Below are positions 46,187 through 55,947 of a stretch of 57,073 nt of DNA, piece after piece. Positions within the stretch are counted from its first letter, which is position 1, and every line of letters starts with the position of its first letter. The stretch comes from an uncultured bacterium (GTDB lineage Bacteria > SAR324 > NAC60-12). Both the position numbers and the translations under genes were made by a program. The notes beneath the pieces were generated by a model that did no database searches, was not told the origin of the DNA, and saw only the letters and a program-made list of their open reading frames with translations. The stretch lies in assembly GCA_965662235.1 (NCBI GenBank), contig CBFIGY010000018.1, positions 1 to 57,073 on the forward strand. Direction: 5' to 3'.

Positions 46187-47219
46187 GCCTCCGGAAACCG
46201 AAACCGCTTTTGACGCCCATTGGCAGGAAGAGGCCCTGAACTACCAGGCCTTCCGGCACCACCGGTCTTCTCGCCTGGCTCACTTGCGCCGAACCGCCGA
46301 GTGGCGTCTCTTCCAAGGGGGGCTCTGGCTGGGGAAGCGTTTGCCCCTGGAACAGCTCCAGCTGCTCGGACGTCAGCTCGGACGCGTGGCCCTCAAGCTC
46401 TTCCCCAAAGAACGGGGCATTGCTCAAACGCAGCTGGCACACGTCTTCCCGGACGCCTCTGATGAGCAACGGGCGACCTGGCTGCAGGCCTGCTTTGAGA
46501 ACTTTGGGCAGCTGCTGTTTGAGTTCCTCGGCATGGATCAGATTGACCATGACGCCTCGAATCGGCTTCTGGTGGAAAACGAAGCGGTGCTGCGTGACGC
46601 TCTGGATCAGCAACGTGGAGTGATCCTGCTGGGCCTGCATCTGGGAAACTGGGAACTGATCAACGTCTACTCCCGGCTCTCCGGAATTCCCATGTCAGCG
46701 GCCACCACCAATGTTCCGGACCCGCGGCTCAATGACGCCATCCGCGCTATCCGGGAGCGGGGCGCCCTCAAGCTCATCAGCCGAGGAGACCCTCAGGCCA
46801 CGCGGAAGCTGCTCCGCTGCTTTCAGGACAAGGAGGTCTTTGTGCTGGCCACCGATCAGGACACCAACGTCCCAAGCCACTGGGTGCCGTTCTTCAACCT
46901 GCCGGCCAAGACCCCACAGAGCGCGGCGGCCTTGGCGCTCCGGACTGGTGCTCCCGTGGTCAACTACCTCATTCTGCGGGAACCGGACGGACGCTTTCGG
47001 CTCCGCTTTGAGCACTGGGGCAGCTTCCGCCGGGACCCGGAGGTGGAAGACGCTCAGAATCAGTTCAACGTCAGCTTGCACCTGAACCGCCAGATGGAAA
47101 CCGTCCTTCGGAACCACCCCGACCAGTGGGCCTGGTTTCACCGGCGGTGGCGGCATCAGCCCACTCCGGAAGAGCTGGACGACATGAAAACCCGGCTGCG
47201 TCGGGCAACCCGTCTCTGA
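46173..47219 (+). CDS. Lipid A late acyltransferase (LpxL/HtrB family)
   Basis: HLGNWE, DQD, VPFF, PDQWAWFHRRW. Confidence 0.88.
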   Translation: MSPSEPPETETAFDAHWQEEALNYQAFRHHRSSRLAHLRRTAEWRLFQGGLWLGKRLPLEQLQLLGRQLGRVALKLFPKERGIAQTQLAHVFPDASDEQRATWLQACFENFGQLLFEFLGMDQIDHDASNRLLVENEAVLRDALDQQRGVILLGLHLGNWELINVYSRLSGIPMSAATTNVPDPRLNDAIRAIRERGALKLISRGDPQATRKLLRCFQDKEVFVLATDQDTNVPSHWVPFFNLPAKTPQSAAALALRTGAPVVNYLILREPDGRFRLRFEHWGSFRRDPEVEDAQNQFNVSLHLNRQMETVLRNHPDQWAWFHRRWRHQPTPEELDDMKTRLRRATRL

Positions 47220-47230
47220 ATCGGCGAAAC

Positions 47231-48001
47231 ATGCCTTTTGTTGTCATCAACCACCAGAAGATTCACTACGAGCTTTACGGCGACCGAGGCCCCTACCTGC
47301 TGCTGCACGGCCCCATCTTGGTCACAGAAAACTACTGGCAGGAAACCGGATACATCGAACAGCTGGAGTCGATTTTCCGCATTGTCACCCTTGAGCCCTT
47401 GGGACAGGGACGCAGCGACGCTCCAGATGATCCGGAGGCCTACTCAATCAGCAACCGGATTGCCCACGTGATGGGAGTCTTGCAGGAGATGCGGGTGGAT
47501 TACACCCACTTCATTGGGGTGGGGCTTGGTGCACAGGTCGGCTTTCAGATGGCCGTGACGCACCGGCAGGTCATCCGGACCCTCAACACCATGTCTGCTC
47601 ATGCGTACCCCCTTATCGACGAACTGCCCCTTCAGAAGGAAGGCGTGGAGCTGCTCCGTCAGGGGAACCTCCAAGGCTACCTAGATCGGTGCCGCCCAGA
47701 CGAAGCCTTTACCCCTGAACAGGTGGAGCTCCTGCAGGAGGGCAGCGCTGAGGGATATGCCCACAGCCTGCAGGCGTCTGTCCACTGGGAAGGCATCAGC
47801 GACCACCTGGGTGAGCTGAGCACGCCCATGCAGCTCATCACGGCCACGTCTGAGCCACGGTTCCTCTCGGTCCGGGAGTCGGGACGGCAGATGCGTTTTG
47901 GACGCTACACCATCCTCCCGGAGATGAAGTTTGACCGGGGCTTGTGGAGTGCCGAGTTGGTCGTCCCGGCTCTGCTGGACTACCTCCGCCGCCAACGGTA
48001 A
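47231..48001 (+). CDS. Alpha/beta hydrolase-fold protein, catalytic Ser apparently absent
   Basis: LLLHG, GQGRSDAP, but the nucleophile elbow reads GVGLG. Confidence 0.8.
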   Translation: MPFVVINHQKIHYELYGDRGPYLLLHGPILVTENYWQETGYIEQLESIFRIVTLEPLGQGRSDAPDDPEAYSISNRIAHVMGVLQEMRVDYTHFIGVGLGAQVGFQMAVTHRQVIRTLNTMSAHAYPLIDELPLQKEGVELLRQGNLQGYLDRCRPDEAFTPEQVELLQEGSAEGYAHSLQASVHWEGISDHLGELSTPMQLITATSEPRFLSVRESGRQMRFGRYTILPEMKFDRGLWSAELVVPALLDYLRRQR

Positions 48002-48014
48002 CCCCGAGAGCGCT

Positions 48015-48719
48015 GTGCCGTTGGGTTTGTGGCTGCTGACCGTTACCGCCTCCGCCTTGGCGGCAGGAGGACTCACCTGGCACCTGAACCGGGCCCTGGT
48101 TCGTGAGTGGCACGACGTCCCGCTGGCGGACCCCACGTCTCCTCCTCCACAACTGCACCTGCTGCCCGTCGGTCTCAGTTTTGTCAGCGCTACCACGCTG
48201 CTCTACTGGCTCCGGGGCCCCACCCCGCTGCTCCTTCAAGACAGCCTGCTCCTCATCACTCTGATCGGAATCGCCTGGTTTGACCTCAAGACGCTGCTCA
48301 TTGAGATGCGTCTGCTGCTGCTGGGCGCCGCGCTGCAGGTGACGTGGTTGGTCGTCTTTGCCCCTCACCTGCTTCCGGAACGCCTGCTGGCGCTGTTGCT
48401 CGGCGCAGGAGGGCTCTACTGGGTTGGCGTCGTTTATGAAACCCTCCGGGAACGCGAAGGCCTGGGATCCGGCGATGGAGCAGTCCTCGGACTGCTGGGG
48501 CTCTGGACCGGAAGCCTTGGACTGCCGCTGATCATTTTCTTGGCGGCGTTGCTCGGGACCGTTTGGGGAGGCTTTCAGTGGGTGCGCCAGGGGCCGGAAG
48601 GACTCCATCAGCCCTTCCCCTTTGCCCCCTTCCTCTGCCTTGCAGGAGCCGTCGTTTACGGCACTGAGCAGGTTTACGACAGTCCCCTCCGGGAGATCCT
48701 CAGCCAACTCCCCCTTTGA
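48015..48719 (+). CDS. Prepilin peptidase (A24) family protein, lacking the N-terminal Cys/Zn domain
   Basis: WFDLK, REGLGSGD, PFAPFL; multi-TM; start uncertain. Confidence 0.8.
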   Translation: MPLGLWLLTVTASALAAGGLTWHLNRALVREWHDVPLADPTSPPPQLHLLPVGLSFVSATTLLYWLRGPTPLLLQDSLLLITLIGIAWFDLKTLLIEMRLLLLGAALQVTWLVVFAPHLLPERLLALLLGAGGLYWVGVVYETLREREGLGSGDGAVLGLLGLWTGSLGLPLIIFLAALLGTVWGGFQWVRQGPEGLHQPFPFAPFLCLAGAVVYGTEQVYDSPLREILSQLPL

Positions 48720-48930
48720 AGGTCAGCCGCCCAGCAACCGCGTGGAGAGCGACCGCTTCAATCGTGACAGAAGCCTCTCGACCCTTCCCCCACTCTCTGA
48801 AGAGAGAACCCACCCTGCGATTTCGGGCCCTCGGCTTCCGCCTTTCATTGTGGTTTGGCCCCAAATGTGGCACCGTGTCTAAACCAGTTGAGCCATCCCG
48901 ATTCCGCCCAACCGTTCCCAGCTCTGCGCC

Positions 48931-49248
48931 ATGTCGACCAATGCATCTTCCTTCAAACGGACGCCTCTGACAGGGGCCCAGCGTCAACAGCGTTACCGCG
49001 AACGCCAGCAGCAAAAAGGCATGGTTCGGGTGGAGCTGCAGCTCTCTGAAGAGGTCATCAAGCAACTGGACGCCCTGTGCCAGATTGTGGGCAAGGAACG
49101 CAGCGAGCTGGTCAGCTCCTGGGTGGGGCAAGCGACCCGCCAGGTCCGGAAGCGCGCCAAGAAGCCGGAAAAAGCCGAGCCCCCCAAAGAGAAGGTCAAA
49201 AAGGAAAGGTCCATCGTCCGTCCCAAACCGACGAAGAAGCACGAATGA
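48931..49248 (+). CDS. Small basic ribbon-helix-helix-like protein
   Basis: TGAQRQQRYRER then VRVELQL..EVIKQLDAL...RSELV. Confidence 0.6.
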   Translation: MSTNASSFKRTPLTGAQRQQRYRERQQQKGMVRVELQLSEEVIKQLDALCQIVGKERSELVSSWVGQATRQVRKRAKKPEKAEPPKEKVKKERSIVRPKPTKKHE

Positions 49249-49640
49249 ACCTGCTGCTCTACGATGGGGAATGTGCCCTTTGTAGCGCCTCCGTGCAGTT
49301 TGTCCTTCAACACGATCCGGAGGGTCAGTTTCGCTTTGCCTCGCTGCAGAGCGAGTTGGGGCAGCAGCACCTCCAGCATCATCAAATCGACCGCCACACC
49401 ATCGACAGCCTTGTGCTCATCGAAGCCTCCGGAGCCTGCTTCCTCCGCAGCGAAGCCGCTCTGCGGGTGGCGATGAGGCTCCGGAAGCCTTGGGCCTGGC
49501 TGGCCGCCTTCCGGTGTCTTCCGGTTTCGTGGCGAGACCGGGTTTACGACTTCGTGGCGCGTCACCGGTTTCACTGGTTTGGACGTCATGACACCTGCTG
49601 GATGCCGCGACCGGAGTGGCGCGATCGCTTCTTGGATTAA
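49245..49640 (+). CDS. DCC1-like thiol-disulfide oxidoreductase (DUF393)
   Basis: YDGECALC, FASLQS, RDRVYDFVARHR.WFG...C. Confidence 0.9.
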   Translation: MNLLLYDGECALCSASVQFVLQHDPEGQFRFASLQSELGQQHLQHHQIDRHTIDSLVLIEASGACFLRSEAALRVAMRLRKPWAWLAAFRCLPVSWRDRVYDFVARHRFHWFGRHDTCWMPRPEWRDRFLD

Positions 49641-49661
49641 CGTTTTTTAAGGGGGAACACC

Positions 49662-51278
49662 ATGACTCATCTCTTTGAGGAGCACCTGCCCAAACGGCCG
49701 GCCAACTACCAGCCGCTCACACCCATCGACTTCCTTGACCGAGCCGCCTGGATTCACCGGAACAAGCCGGCTGTTTTCTACCGGGATCAGCACTGGACCT
49801 ACCCGCAGCTGGCCGAGCGCTGTCGGCGCTTTGCGTCTGCCCTGCACCGTCATGGAGTGACGCCGGGAGACACGGTGGCGCTGATGGCTCCGAACATTCC
49901 TCCCATGCTGGAAGCCCACTTTGCGGTGCCGATGGCTGGGGCTGTGCTCAACGCCCTTAACATCCGACTCGACGCCCGCACCATTGCTCACATTCTGGAG
50001 CACGGTGAGGCCAAGGTCCTGATCACCGACCGCGAGTTTTCCCCGGTCATTCGCGAAGCGCTTGCCCAGTGCTCCCGGGAGCTGCTGGTGATCGACATTG
50101 ACGATGAGCCCGTTGGGGAGCTGCTGGGGTCCATGACCTATGAGGCCTTCTTGCAGGAGGGCACTCCCGATTTTGAACCGCACCGTCCGGAAGACGAATG
50201 GGAGGCCATTTCGCTGAACTACACGTCGGGCACCACCGGAAATCCCAAAGGCGTGGTCTACCACCACCGAGGCGCCTACCTTGCGGGCCTGTGCAATCCG
50301 TTGATGCTGGGCATGCAGCCGGAGTCCACCTACCTCTGGACCCTGCCCATGTTTCACTGCAACGGATGGGGCTTCAACTGGGGAGTCACCGCAATGGGAG
50401 CCTCTCACGTGTGCCTACGCAAGTTCACACCAGAAGCCGTGTTTCAGCTCATTGAACGGCACCGGGTGACTCACCTCTGCGGGGCCCCGATCATACTGAA
50501 CGCGCTCGCCAATGCTCCGGAAGCCGCGTCGCTCCGGTTTGAGCACCAGGTGGTCATTGCGACCGGAGGCGCGGCCCCTCCGAGTCAGGTGATTGCCGCC
50601 ATGGAGCCCATGAACTTCCGAGTCATTCACCTGTACGGCCTGACCGAATCGTATGGCCCTGCGACGCTGTGCCAGTGGCAACCGGAGTGGAATGCGCTTC
50701 CTTCTGCTGAACAAGCCCGCAAGAACGCTCGGCAAGGGGTTCGTTACCCAAGTCTCAGCGAAGCAGAAGTGCTGGACGCCTCCGGAAGCCCCGTTCCACA
50801 TGACGGTGAAACCCTGGGAGAGATTGCGTTACGGGGCAACACCCTCATGAAGGGGTACCTGAAGAATCCAGAAGCGTCCGAGGCATCTCTTGGTCAGGGG
50901 TGGTTCCGGACCGGAGACCTCGCCGTCATGCACCCAGACGGGTACCTGGAGATCAAGGATCGCTCCAAGGACGTCATCATTTCCGGAGGCGAGAACATCT
51001 CCAGCTTGGAGATTGAGGAAACCCTTTACCGGCACCCGGCTGTTCTGGAAGCGGCCGTGGTGGCGCGTCCCGATGCGACGTGGGGGGAAACGCCGTGTGC
51101 CTTTGTGACCCTCAAGTCCGGTCAACGTGTCTCGGACGAGGAGCTGATCGCCTTCTGTCGAAGCGAGATGGCTCACTTCAAGTGCCCCAAGACGGTTCTC
51201 TTTGCGGAACTCCCCAAGACCTCCACGGGGAAGGTCCAGAAGCATGTGCTCCGCGACCAGGCGAAGGCGCTGGAGTGA
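49662..51278 (+). CDS. Acyl-CoA synthetase (AMP-binding; DmdB/AAE-like subgroup)
   Basis: NYTSGTTGNPKGV, LPMFHCNGW, YGLTE, TGD, DRSKD, PKTSTGK. Confidence 0.93.
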   Translation: MTHLFEEHLPKRPANYQPLTPIDFLDRAAWIHRNKPAVFYRDQHWTYPQLAERCRRFASALHRHGVTPGDTVALMAPNIPPMLEAHFAVPMAGAVLNALNIRLDARTIAHILEHGEAKVLITDREFSPVIREALAQCSRELLVIDIDDEPVGELLGSMTYEAFLQEGTPDFEPHRPEDEWEAISLNYTSGTTGNPKGVVYHHRGAYLAGLCNPLMLGMQPESTYLWTLPMFHCNGWGFNWGVTAMGASHVCLRKFTPEAVFQLIERHRVTHLCGAPIILNALANAPEAASLRFEHQVVIATGGAAPPSQVIAAMEPMNFRVIHLYGLTESYGPATLCQWQPEWNALPSAEQARKNARQGVRYPSLSEAEVLDASGSPVPHDGETLGEIALRGNTLMKGYLKNPEASEASLGQGWFRTGDLAVMHPDGYLEIKDRSKDVIISGGENISSLEIEETLYRHPAVLEAAVVARPDATWGETPCAFVTLKSGQRVSDEELIAFCRSEMAHFKCPKTVLFAELPKTSTGKVQKHVLRDQAKALE

Positions 51279-51310
51279 GTGAGCGCACTCGCGTTTTTTT
51301 CATTATCTAC

Positions 51311-51339
51311 TTGCAATCGCATTCAGGAGTGCCTATTTT
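51311..51339 (+). promoter_or_regulatory. Candidate sigma70 promoter of the tRNA
   Basis: TTGCAA-17 bp-TATTTT. Confidence 0.55.
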
Positions 51340-51352
51340 AGTGGATTGCAGT

Positions 51353-51438
51353 GCCGAAGTGGTGGAACTGGTAGACACGCTATCTTGAGGGGGTAGTGGG
51401 CAACGCCCGTAGGAGTTCGAGTCTCCTCTTCGGCACCA
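51353..51438 (+). tRNA. tRNA-Leu(GAG)
   Basis: Acceptor stem GCCGAAG/CTTCGGC + ACCA, anticodon arm CTATC-TTGAGGG-GGTAG, long variable arm, GTTCGAG T-loop. Confidence 0.95.
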
Positions 51439-51707
51439 TCCTTTCCGAATCATCCGATTCCCGCATTCCTGATCCCTTCTTACTTTCCCCAAGTTTTTCT
51501 GTTTCGTTGGTGAGAAAAGCCGCTCAAAGGCTGACTCGTTCACGGACTTCTCTGGTCTTCCCGTAGCGTCAAACCCTTCACAGTTTCTCACGACCGGGCC
51601 TGTTTTTCGGAGCACTTTCGCATCTGGCTCCCCCCTTCTGCACCGCTTTCCTCATTCTCCTGCTCTCAAGAAACCTCTGCCCCTTCGCCGGTCCTCTGCC
51701 CGCTTAA

Positions 51708-51725
51708 TTTAGTTGATCAACTAAA
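51708..51725. promoter_or_regulatory. Perfect 18-bp palindrome, candidate operator
   Basis: TTTAGTTGATCAACTAAA in the AT-rich region upstream of the antiporter pair. Confidence 0.55.
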
Positions 51726-52031
51726 AAATTAACAATTTCTATCAGCTATTTAGAAAAGATCCGGATTGCTTAGTCGGAACCGTTTGATGAAGAGAAGTAC
51801 TCAGCAAAGGGCCTGCTGATTTAAATTTTAAATTTATTTTCCGGACAATTTTTTTAAGGAACTGACGAGGGGGGTTCGTTTAGGTGTTTCTTTTGCATGA
51901 AGCCCGACTTGGTTTTAGGAATGTAAAAAAGCCAAGAAACGATTGCGTTCGGCACGCGAAGCCGATAGATATTAGGGGCTTTTTTTGATTCTAATTTTTG
52001 AGGAACCTCAACACCAGGGAGCAGGAACCAT

Positions 52032-53921
52032 ATGGCACGCCTCATAACTTTGCTGGGATCACTCGTACTGGCCCTGCCTGCTTATGCGGGCGGTGGCGGT
52101 GGCGGAACGGACCTGATCGAGCCCTTGGGAGCCATGCTCCTGGCGGCGGCAATCATTGCGGTCATTCTGAGCTACGCCAAGCAGGCCAGCCTCTTCGCCT
52201 TCATCATTGTGGGCATCATCGGCGGAGCGATCGGCTTCAAGGAGGTCATCAACACGAACGTGATGACCGCCTTCGTGGACGTGGGCATCACGCTCCTGCT
52301 CTTCATGGCAGGGATGGAAGTGGACATCCCGGGACTGATCAAGCGCTGGAAGCTGCTCCTGATCAACGGAATGGGGCAGATCGTTGGCCTGCTGATCGTC
52401 TGTGTCGGGTTCGGTGTGGTGTACATGGGCATTGGTGAGGAGTACATGCGCAACGCTGGGCTGCCAGAAGGCAATGCCACTGCCGCGCTGCTGTACTTTG
52501 GCATCTGCCTCACGCTCTCCTCCACCATCTTGGTGGTGGGGAACCTCAAGCAAACCGGACAGATTGCTCAGGAGCACGGACAGATTGCTCTGGGCCTGAT
52601 GGTGCTGCAGGACATCACTGCGGTGGTGGCGCTGGCCATTCTTGGAGTTCTGAAGCCGATTGCCCCGGGAGAAGAGCCTCCGGTGCTGGGGGTTGAGATC
52701 GGCCTGATCTTCGGCAAGATGATCATCCTTGCTGTCATTCTGTACTTTGTCACCAAGCACGTCCTCAGTCCGCTCTTCAAGTTCTTTGCTCGCTCCCCTC
52801 AGCTCCTCTTCATTGGGACCCTGGGATACGGCATGGGCGTCGCGGGACTCTGTGAGGTGGTGCACTTCTCCTCTGGAATCGGAGCCTTCTTCGCAGGAGC
52901 GACCCTGGCTGCGTTGCCATACCGGCACGAAATTGAAGACAAGGTGGAGCCCCTCAAGGCCTTTGGGGTGATGCTGTTCTTCTTCGGTCTCGGCTTTGAC
53001 ATCTCCGGCCTTGAGGTGGAGCAGGTCATGGGAGGTCTGGTGGATGGCATCTTCCTGGCGATTGTTCCGGTTGTCATTGGAACCATCCCGCTGATGCTCA
53101 CCCTGGGGTACCTCAGTAAGCTGGAGTCGAAACCCTCGCTCTTGATGGGGGTCATCATCAACCAGTCTTCCGAGTTTTCGCTCATGCTGTCGGTCTTGTG
53201 CCTGCAGTACAAGATCTTTGACCCGCACCTCTTCATTGTCATCACCATCGTTGTGCTGGTGACCTTCTTCCTTTCATCGCTGGGGCACCAGTTCATGGAT
53301 CAGATCTACAACGCCCTCTCCGGACCGTTGAAGTTCATGGACGGACGCCGCACCCGCGAAGAGACCGACCACGAAGGCGAGCACGACCTGGTGCTGGAAA
53401 ACCATGTGGTGATCATGGAGTACAACGACCTTGCCGTTGAGATTGCCGACTTCTATGCGAAGCGGGGACAGCAGGTTCTGCTTTTGGACCTTGATCCGGA
53501 CATCACCGAGTACTTTGAGAATCAGCACGGACACAGTAACATTCACGCCCACTACTCGGACATGCAGGATCCGGATGTGTGGGAAAGCATGGCCTTCGAC
53601 AAGGCCAAGGTCGTTATCTCCTGCATGGACGGAGGCCAGGAAGCCGAGATGGGCATTGCCCGCTGGCTGAAGGAGCGCTCCCCTGAGGTGCCGTTTATTG
53701 CCGCCACCTCCTCGCACCAAGAGACCCTGGACCTCTACGGCTCAGGCGCACGCTTTGTGATTCAGACTGAATACCTTGCGGCGAAGTCCTTCCGGCAGGT
53801 CTTTGAACAAGAGGCCCACAAGCCTGTGAAAGACGCTTTTGTGGAACCCGGAAAAGCGGATCTGCAAGAAGTGGAAAGCCTGCTGAAGAGTGCGGAGCAC
53901 GCTGAAGTTGCTCACGCCTGA
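52032..53921 (+). CDS. CPA2 cation:proton antiporter with C-terminal RCK/TrkA-N-like domain (paralogue 1)
   Basis: LLLFMAGME, LSSTI, MVLQD, GAFFAG, QSSEFS; soluble C-terminal domain. Confidence 0.9.
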   Translation: MARLITLLGSLVLALPAYAGGGGGGTDLIEPLGAMLLAAAIIAVILSYAKQASLFAFIIVGIIGGAIGFKEVINTNVMTAFVDVGITLLLFMAGMEVDIPGLIKRWKLLLINGMGQIVGLLIVCVGFGVVYMGIGEEYMRNAGLPEGNATAALLYFGICLTLSSTILVVGNLKQTGQIAQEHGQIALGLMVLQDITAVVALAILGVLKPIAPGEEPPVLGVEIGLIFGKMIILAVILYFVTKHVLSPLFKFFARSPQLLFIGTLGYGMGVAGLCEVVHFSSGIGAFFAGATLAALPYRHEIEDKVEPLKAFGVMLFFFGLGFDISGLEVEQVMGGLVDGIFLAIVPVVIGTIPLMLTLGYLSKLESKPSLLMGVIINQSSEFSLMLSVLCLQYKIFDPHLFIVITIVVLVTFFLSSLGHQFMDQIYNALSGPLKFMDGRRTREETDHEGEHDLVLENHVVIMEYNDLAVEIADFYAKRGQQVLLLDLDPDITEYFENQHGHSNIHAHYSDMQDPDVWESMAFDKAKVVISCMDGGQEAEMGIARWLKERSPEVPFIAATSSHQETLDLYGSGARFVIQTEYLAAKSFRQVFEQEAHKPVKDAFVEPGKADLQEVESLLKSAEHAEVAHA

Positions 53922-53946
53922 ACCGTCTGATTGAAAGGAAACTGAA

Positions 53947-55809
53947 ATGCTGAACTCTCGATTTTTTCGATTTTCTGTGGCCTTAGGAGTGCTGCTGCTG
54001 CTTGCTCTCCCGGCTTACGCAGGGGGAGGTGGCTGGCTGATCAAGCCCCTGGGCCTGATGCTCGGTGGCGCCATGCTGCTCACCATTGTCCTCACGCTGC
54101 TTAAGCAGACGAGCACCCTCTCCTTCATCGTCATGGGCTTCCTCATGGGAGGAGTGGCTGGTGGAATGGCTTCGACTCCGGAAGAGCTCGAGGCCCTTTT
54201 CCCCGGAATTGAGTCCATTCTGCTGGGATTCCAGCAGATTGGGGTGATCCTGATCTTCTTCATGGCGGGTCTGCAGTTTGACATCAATGACATCACCAAG
54301 CGCGGACGCCTGATCACAGTCAACGGATTGGGGTACCTCGCACTGGGGCTGCTGTTCTTCTACTTTGTCGGCTCCAAGATTGTGGGCACCACCAGCTTTG
54401 CTGACTCCATCTACTTTGCTCTCTGCATGGTGATTCCTTCTGCAGCCCTGGTGGGACTGGCGCTGGAGCAGTATGAGAGTGAAGAGAGCCTGCATGGACA
54501 GATTGCCAAGGGAAGCATGGTCATCTCCAGCCTCGTGGCTGTGGTCCTGCTGGCCAAGCTCGATGCCACCGTTGGCAGCGATGCCACTCAGGATTCCGGG
54601 GTCTTCAACCTCTGGATGACCGAGGGCGTCATTTTGATGCTCCTCTTCCTCCTTGTGCTGGCAAAGCTGTTCCTGGAGCCCATCCTCCGCTACCTGCTGC
54701 GTTCCTCTGAGATGCTGTTCATCAGCGCCCTGGGATACTGCATGGGGGTGGCCAGTATCTGTGACTACTTGGGCATTGCTCCGGAAGCCGGAGCCTTCTT
54801 CGCAGGGGTTTCCATCGGCATCCTGCCCTACCGCATTGACGTCGAAGACAAGGTCGGCCCCCTGCAGTCGTTTGGGCAGATCCTGTTCTTCATCACCCTG
54901 GGCGTGATGATGGCCCGCATCGACGGTGCCGTCTACGCATCGAGCTTCGGAGGCATCATCATGCTGACGATCCTCGTGCTGGTGGTGAAGCCTATCATTT
55001 CCATCATCATGGGATACGCCACGGGTCTGAAAGCACGTCCGACCTTCATGGTGGGGCTAACCCTCAACCAAGGATCTGAGATCACCATCATCCTGGCGCT
55101 GCTGGCTTGGATGGATGGGCTCTTCTCCGACCAGGTCTTTGCCACAGCCGTCTGTGTGACGCTGCTTTCATTTGTGCTTTCTTCCTTTGGGCACAGCGGC
55201 ATCCACTCCCTCTATAAGTCCTTCAAGGGGCTTCTGAGCTTCTTGGACCGGAACACACCTCCTCAGCAGCTGACGGCAACCCACAACTTTGAACTGAAGG
55301 ACCACGTCATCCTCCTTTCCTTCAATGAACTGTCTCAGGAAATTGCGGCGTTCTACGAGGAGAAGGGTGAGCGGGTGCTACTCGTGGACATTGATCCGGA
55401 GATCTACTCCTTCTTCAATGCCAAGATCGACGGCAACATTGTTCCGCTTTATGCCGACAGCACCGACAACGGCGTTTGGGGCGCGTATCGCTTTGACCAG
55501 GCCAAGCTTGTGGTGGCCTGTAATGCCGACGACCAAGAGGCCAATGTGGCGCTCGCAGGCTTCCTGAAGAGCTCCGGGGTCCCCTTTCTGTCAGTCGCAG
55601 GCTCCAACGAAGATGCGCAGGCCCTCTATGAAGGCGGTGCCCGTTTCGTGATCAATCCGGAACACTCGGCTTCCAAGGCCTTCCGGACGATCTTCGAGGA
55701 AGAGATCAGCAAGCCCACCGCTGAATCCTTCCAGGTCCGGGGTGCTTCTCACTGGAAGGACACCCGTCAGATTCGGGACGAGCTCGGAGAGATCTTCAAA
55801 CTCGTCTAA
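53947..55809 (+). CDS. CPA2 antiporter-like protein with RCK domain (paralogue 2)
   Basis: Co-linear with paralogue 1 (LPAYAGGG, FMAG, GAFFAG, EDKV, NQ.SE, GARFVI) but MVISS replaces MVLQD. Confidence 0.88.
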   Translation: MLNSRFFRFSVALGVLLLLALPAYAGGGGWLIKPLGLMLGGAMLLTIVLTLLKQTSTLSFIVMGFLMGGVAGGMASTPEELEALFPGIESILLGFQQIGVILIFFMAGLQFDINDITKRGRLITVNGLGYLALGLLFFYFVGSKIVGTTSFADSIYFALCMVIPSAALVGLALEQYESEESLHGQIAKGSMVISSLVAVVLLAKLDATVGSDATQDSGVFNLWMTEGVILMLLFLLVLAKLFLEPILRYLLRSSEMLFISALGYCMGVASICDYLGIAPEAGAFFAGVSIGILPYRIDVEDKVGPLQSFGQILFFITLGVMMARIDGAVYASSFGGIIMLTILVLVVKPIISIIMGYATGLKARPTFMVGLTLNQGSEITIILALLAWMDGLFSDQVFATAVCVTLLSFVLSSFGHSGIHSLYKSFKGLLSFLDRNTPPQQLTATHNFELKDHVILLSFNELSQEIAAFYEEKGERVLLVDIDPEIYSFFNAKIDGNIVPLYADSTDNGVWGAYRFDQAKLVVACNADDQEANVALAGFLKSSGVPFLSVAGSNEDAQALYEGGARFVINPEHSASKAFRTIFEEEISKPTAESFQVRGASHWKDTRQIRDELGEIFKLV

Positions 55810-55818
55810 CCCTCCCTC

Positions 55819-55845
55819 CCTCCCGGAGGCCCTGCCTCCGGGAGG
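55819..55845 (+). terminator. GC-rich hairpin after the antiporter operon
   Basis: cctcccggaggc-cct-gcctccgggagg 12-bp stem; no clear U tract. Confidence 0.5.
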
Positions 55846-55947
55846 TCCCTGTTGTCCCCCTACCTCTTCTCCTTCTCCCTCGTCATCTGCCTGTCTCCTT
55901 AGAGGAGCCGCTCAGCATCCCCCGTTTTCTGAGGGAAGCCTCAGGAA

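Noticed and set aside
49662..51278. Specific dmdB assignment
   Set aside because: Subfamily resemblance only; no DMSP pathway genes adjacent
51353..52031. tRNA-Leu as the attachment site of an integrated element
   Set aside because: No integrase in the window; the only echo of the tRNA 3' end is an 8-bp ttcggcac near 51948
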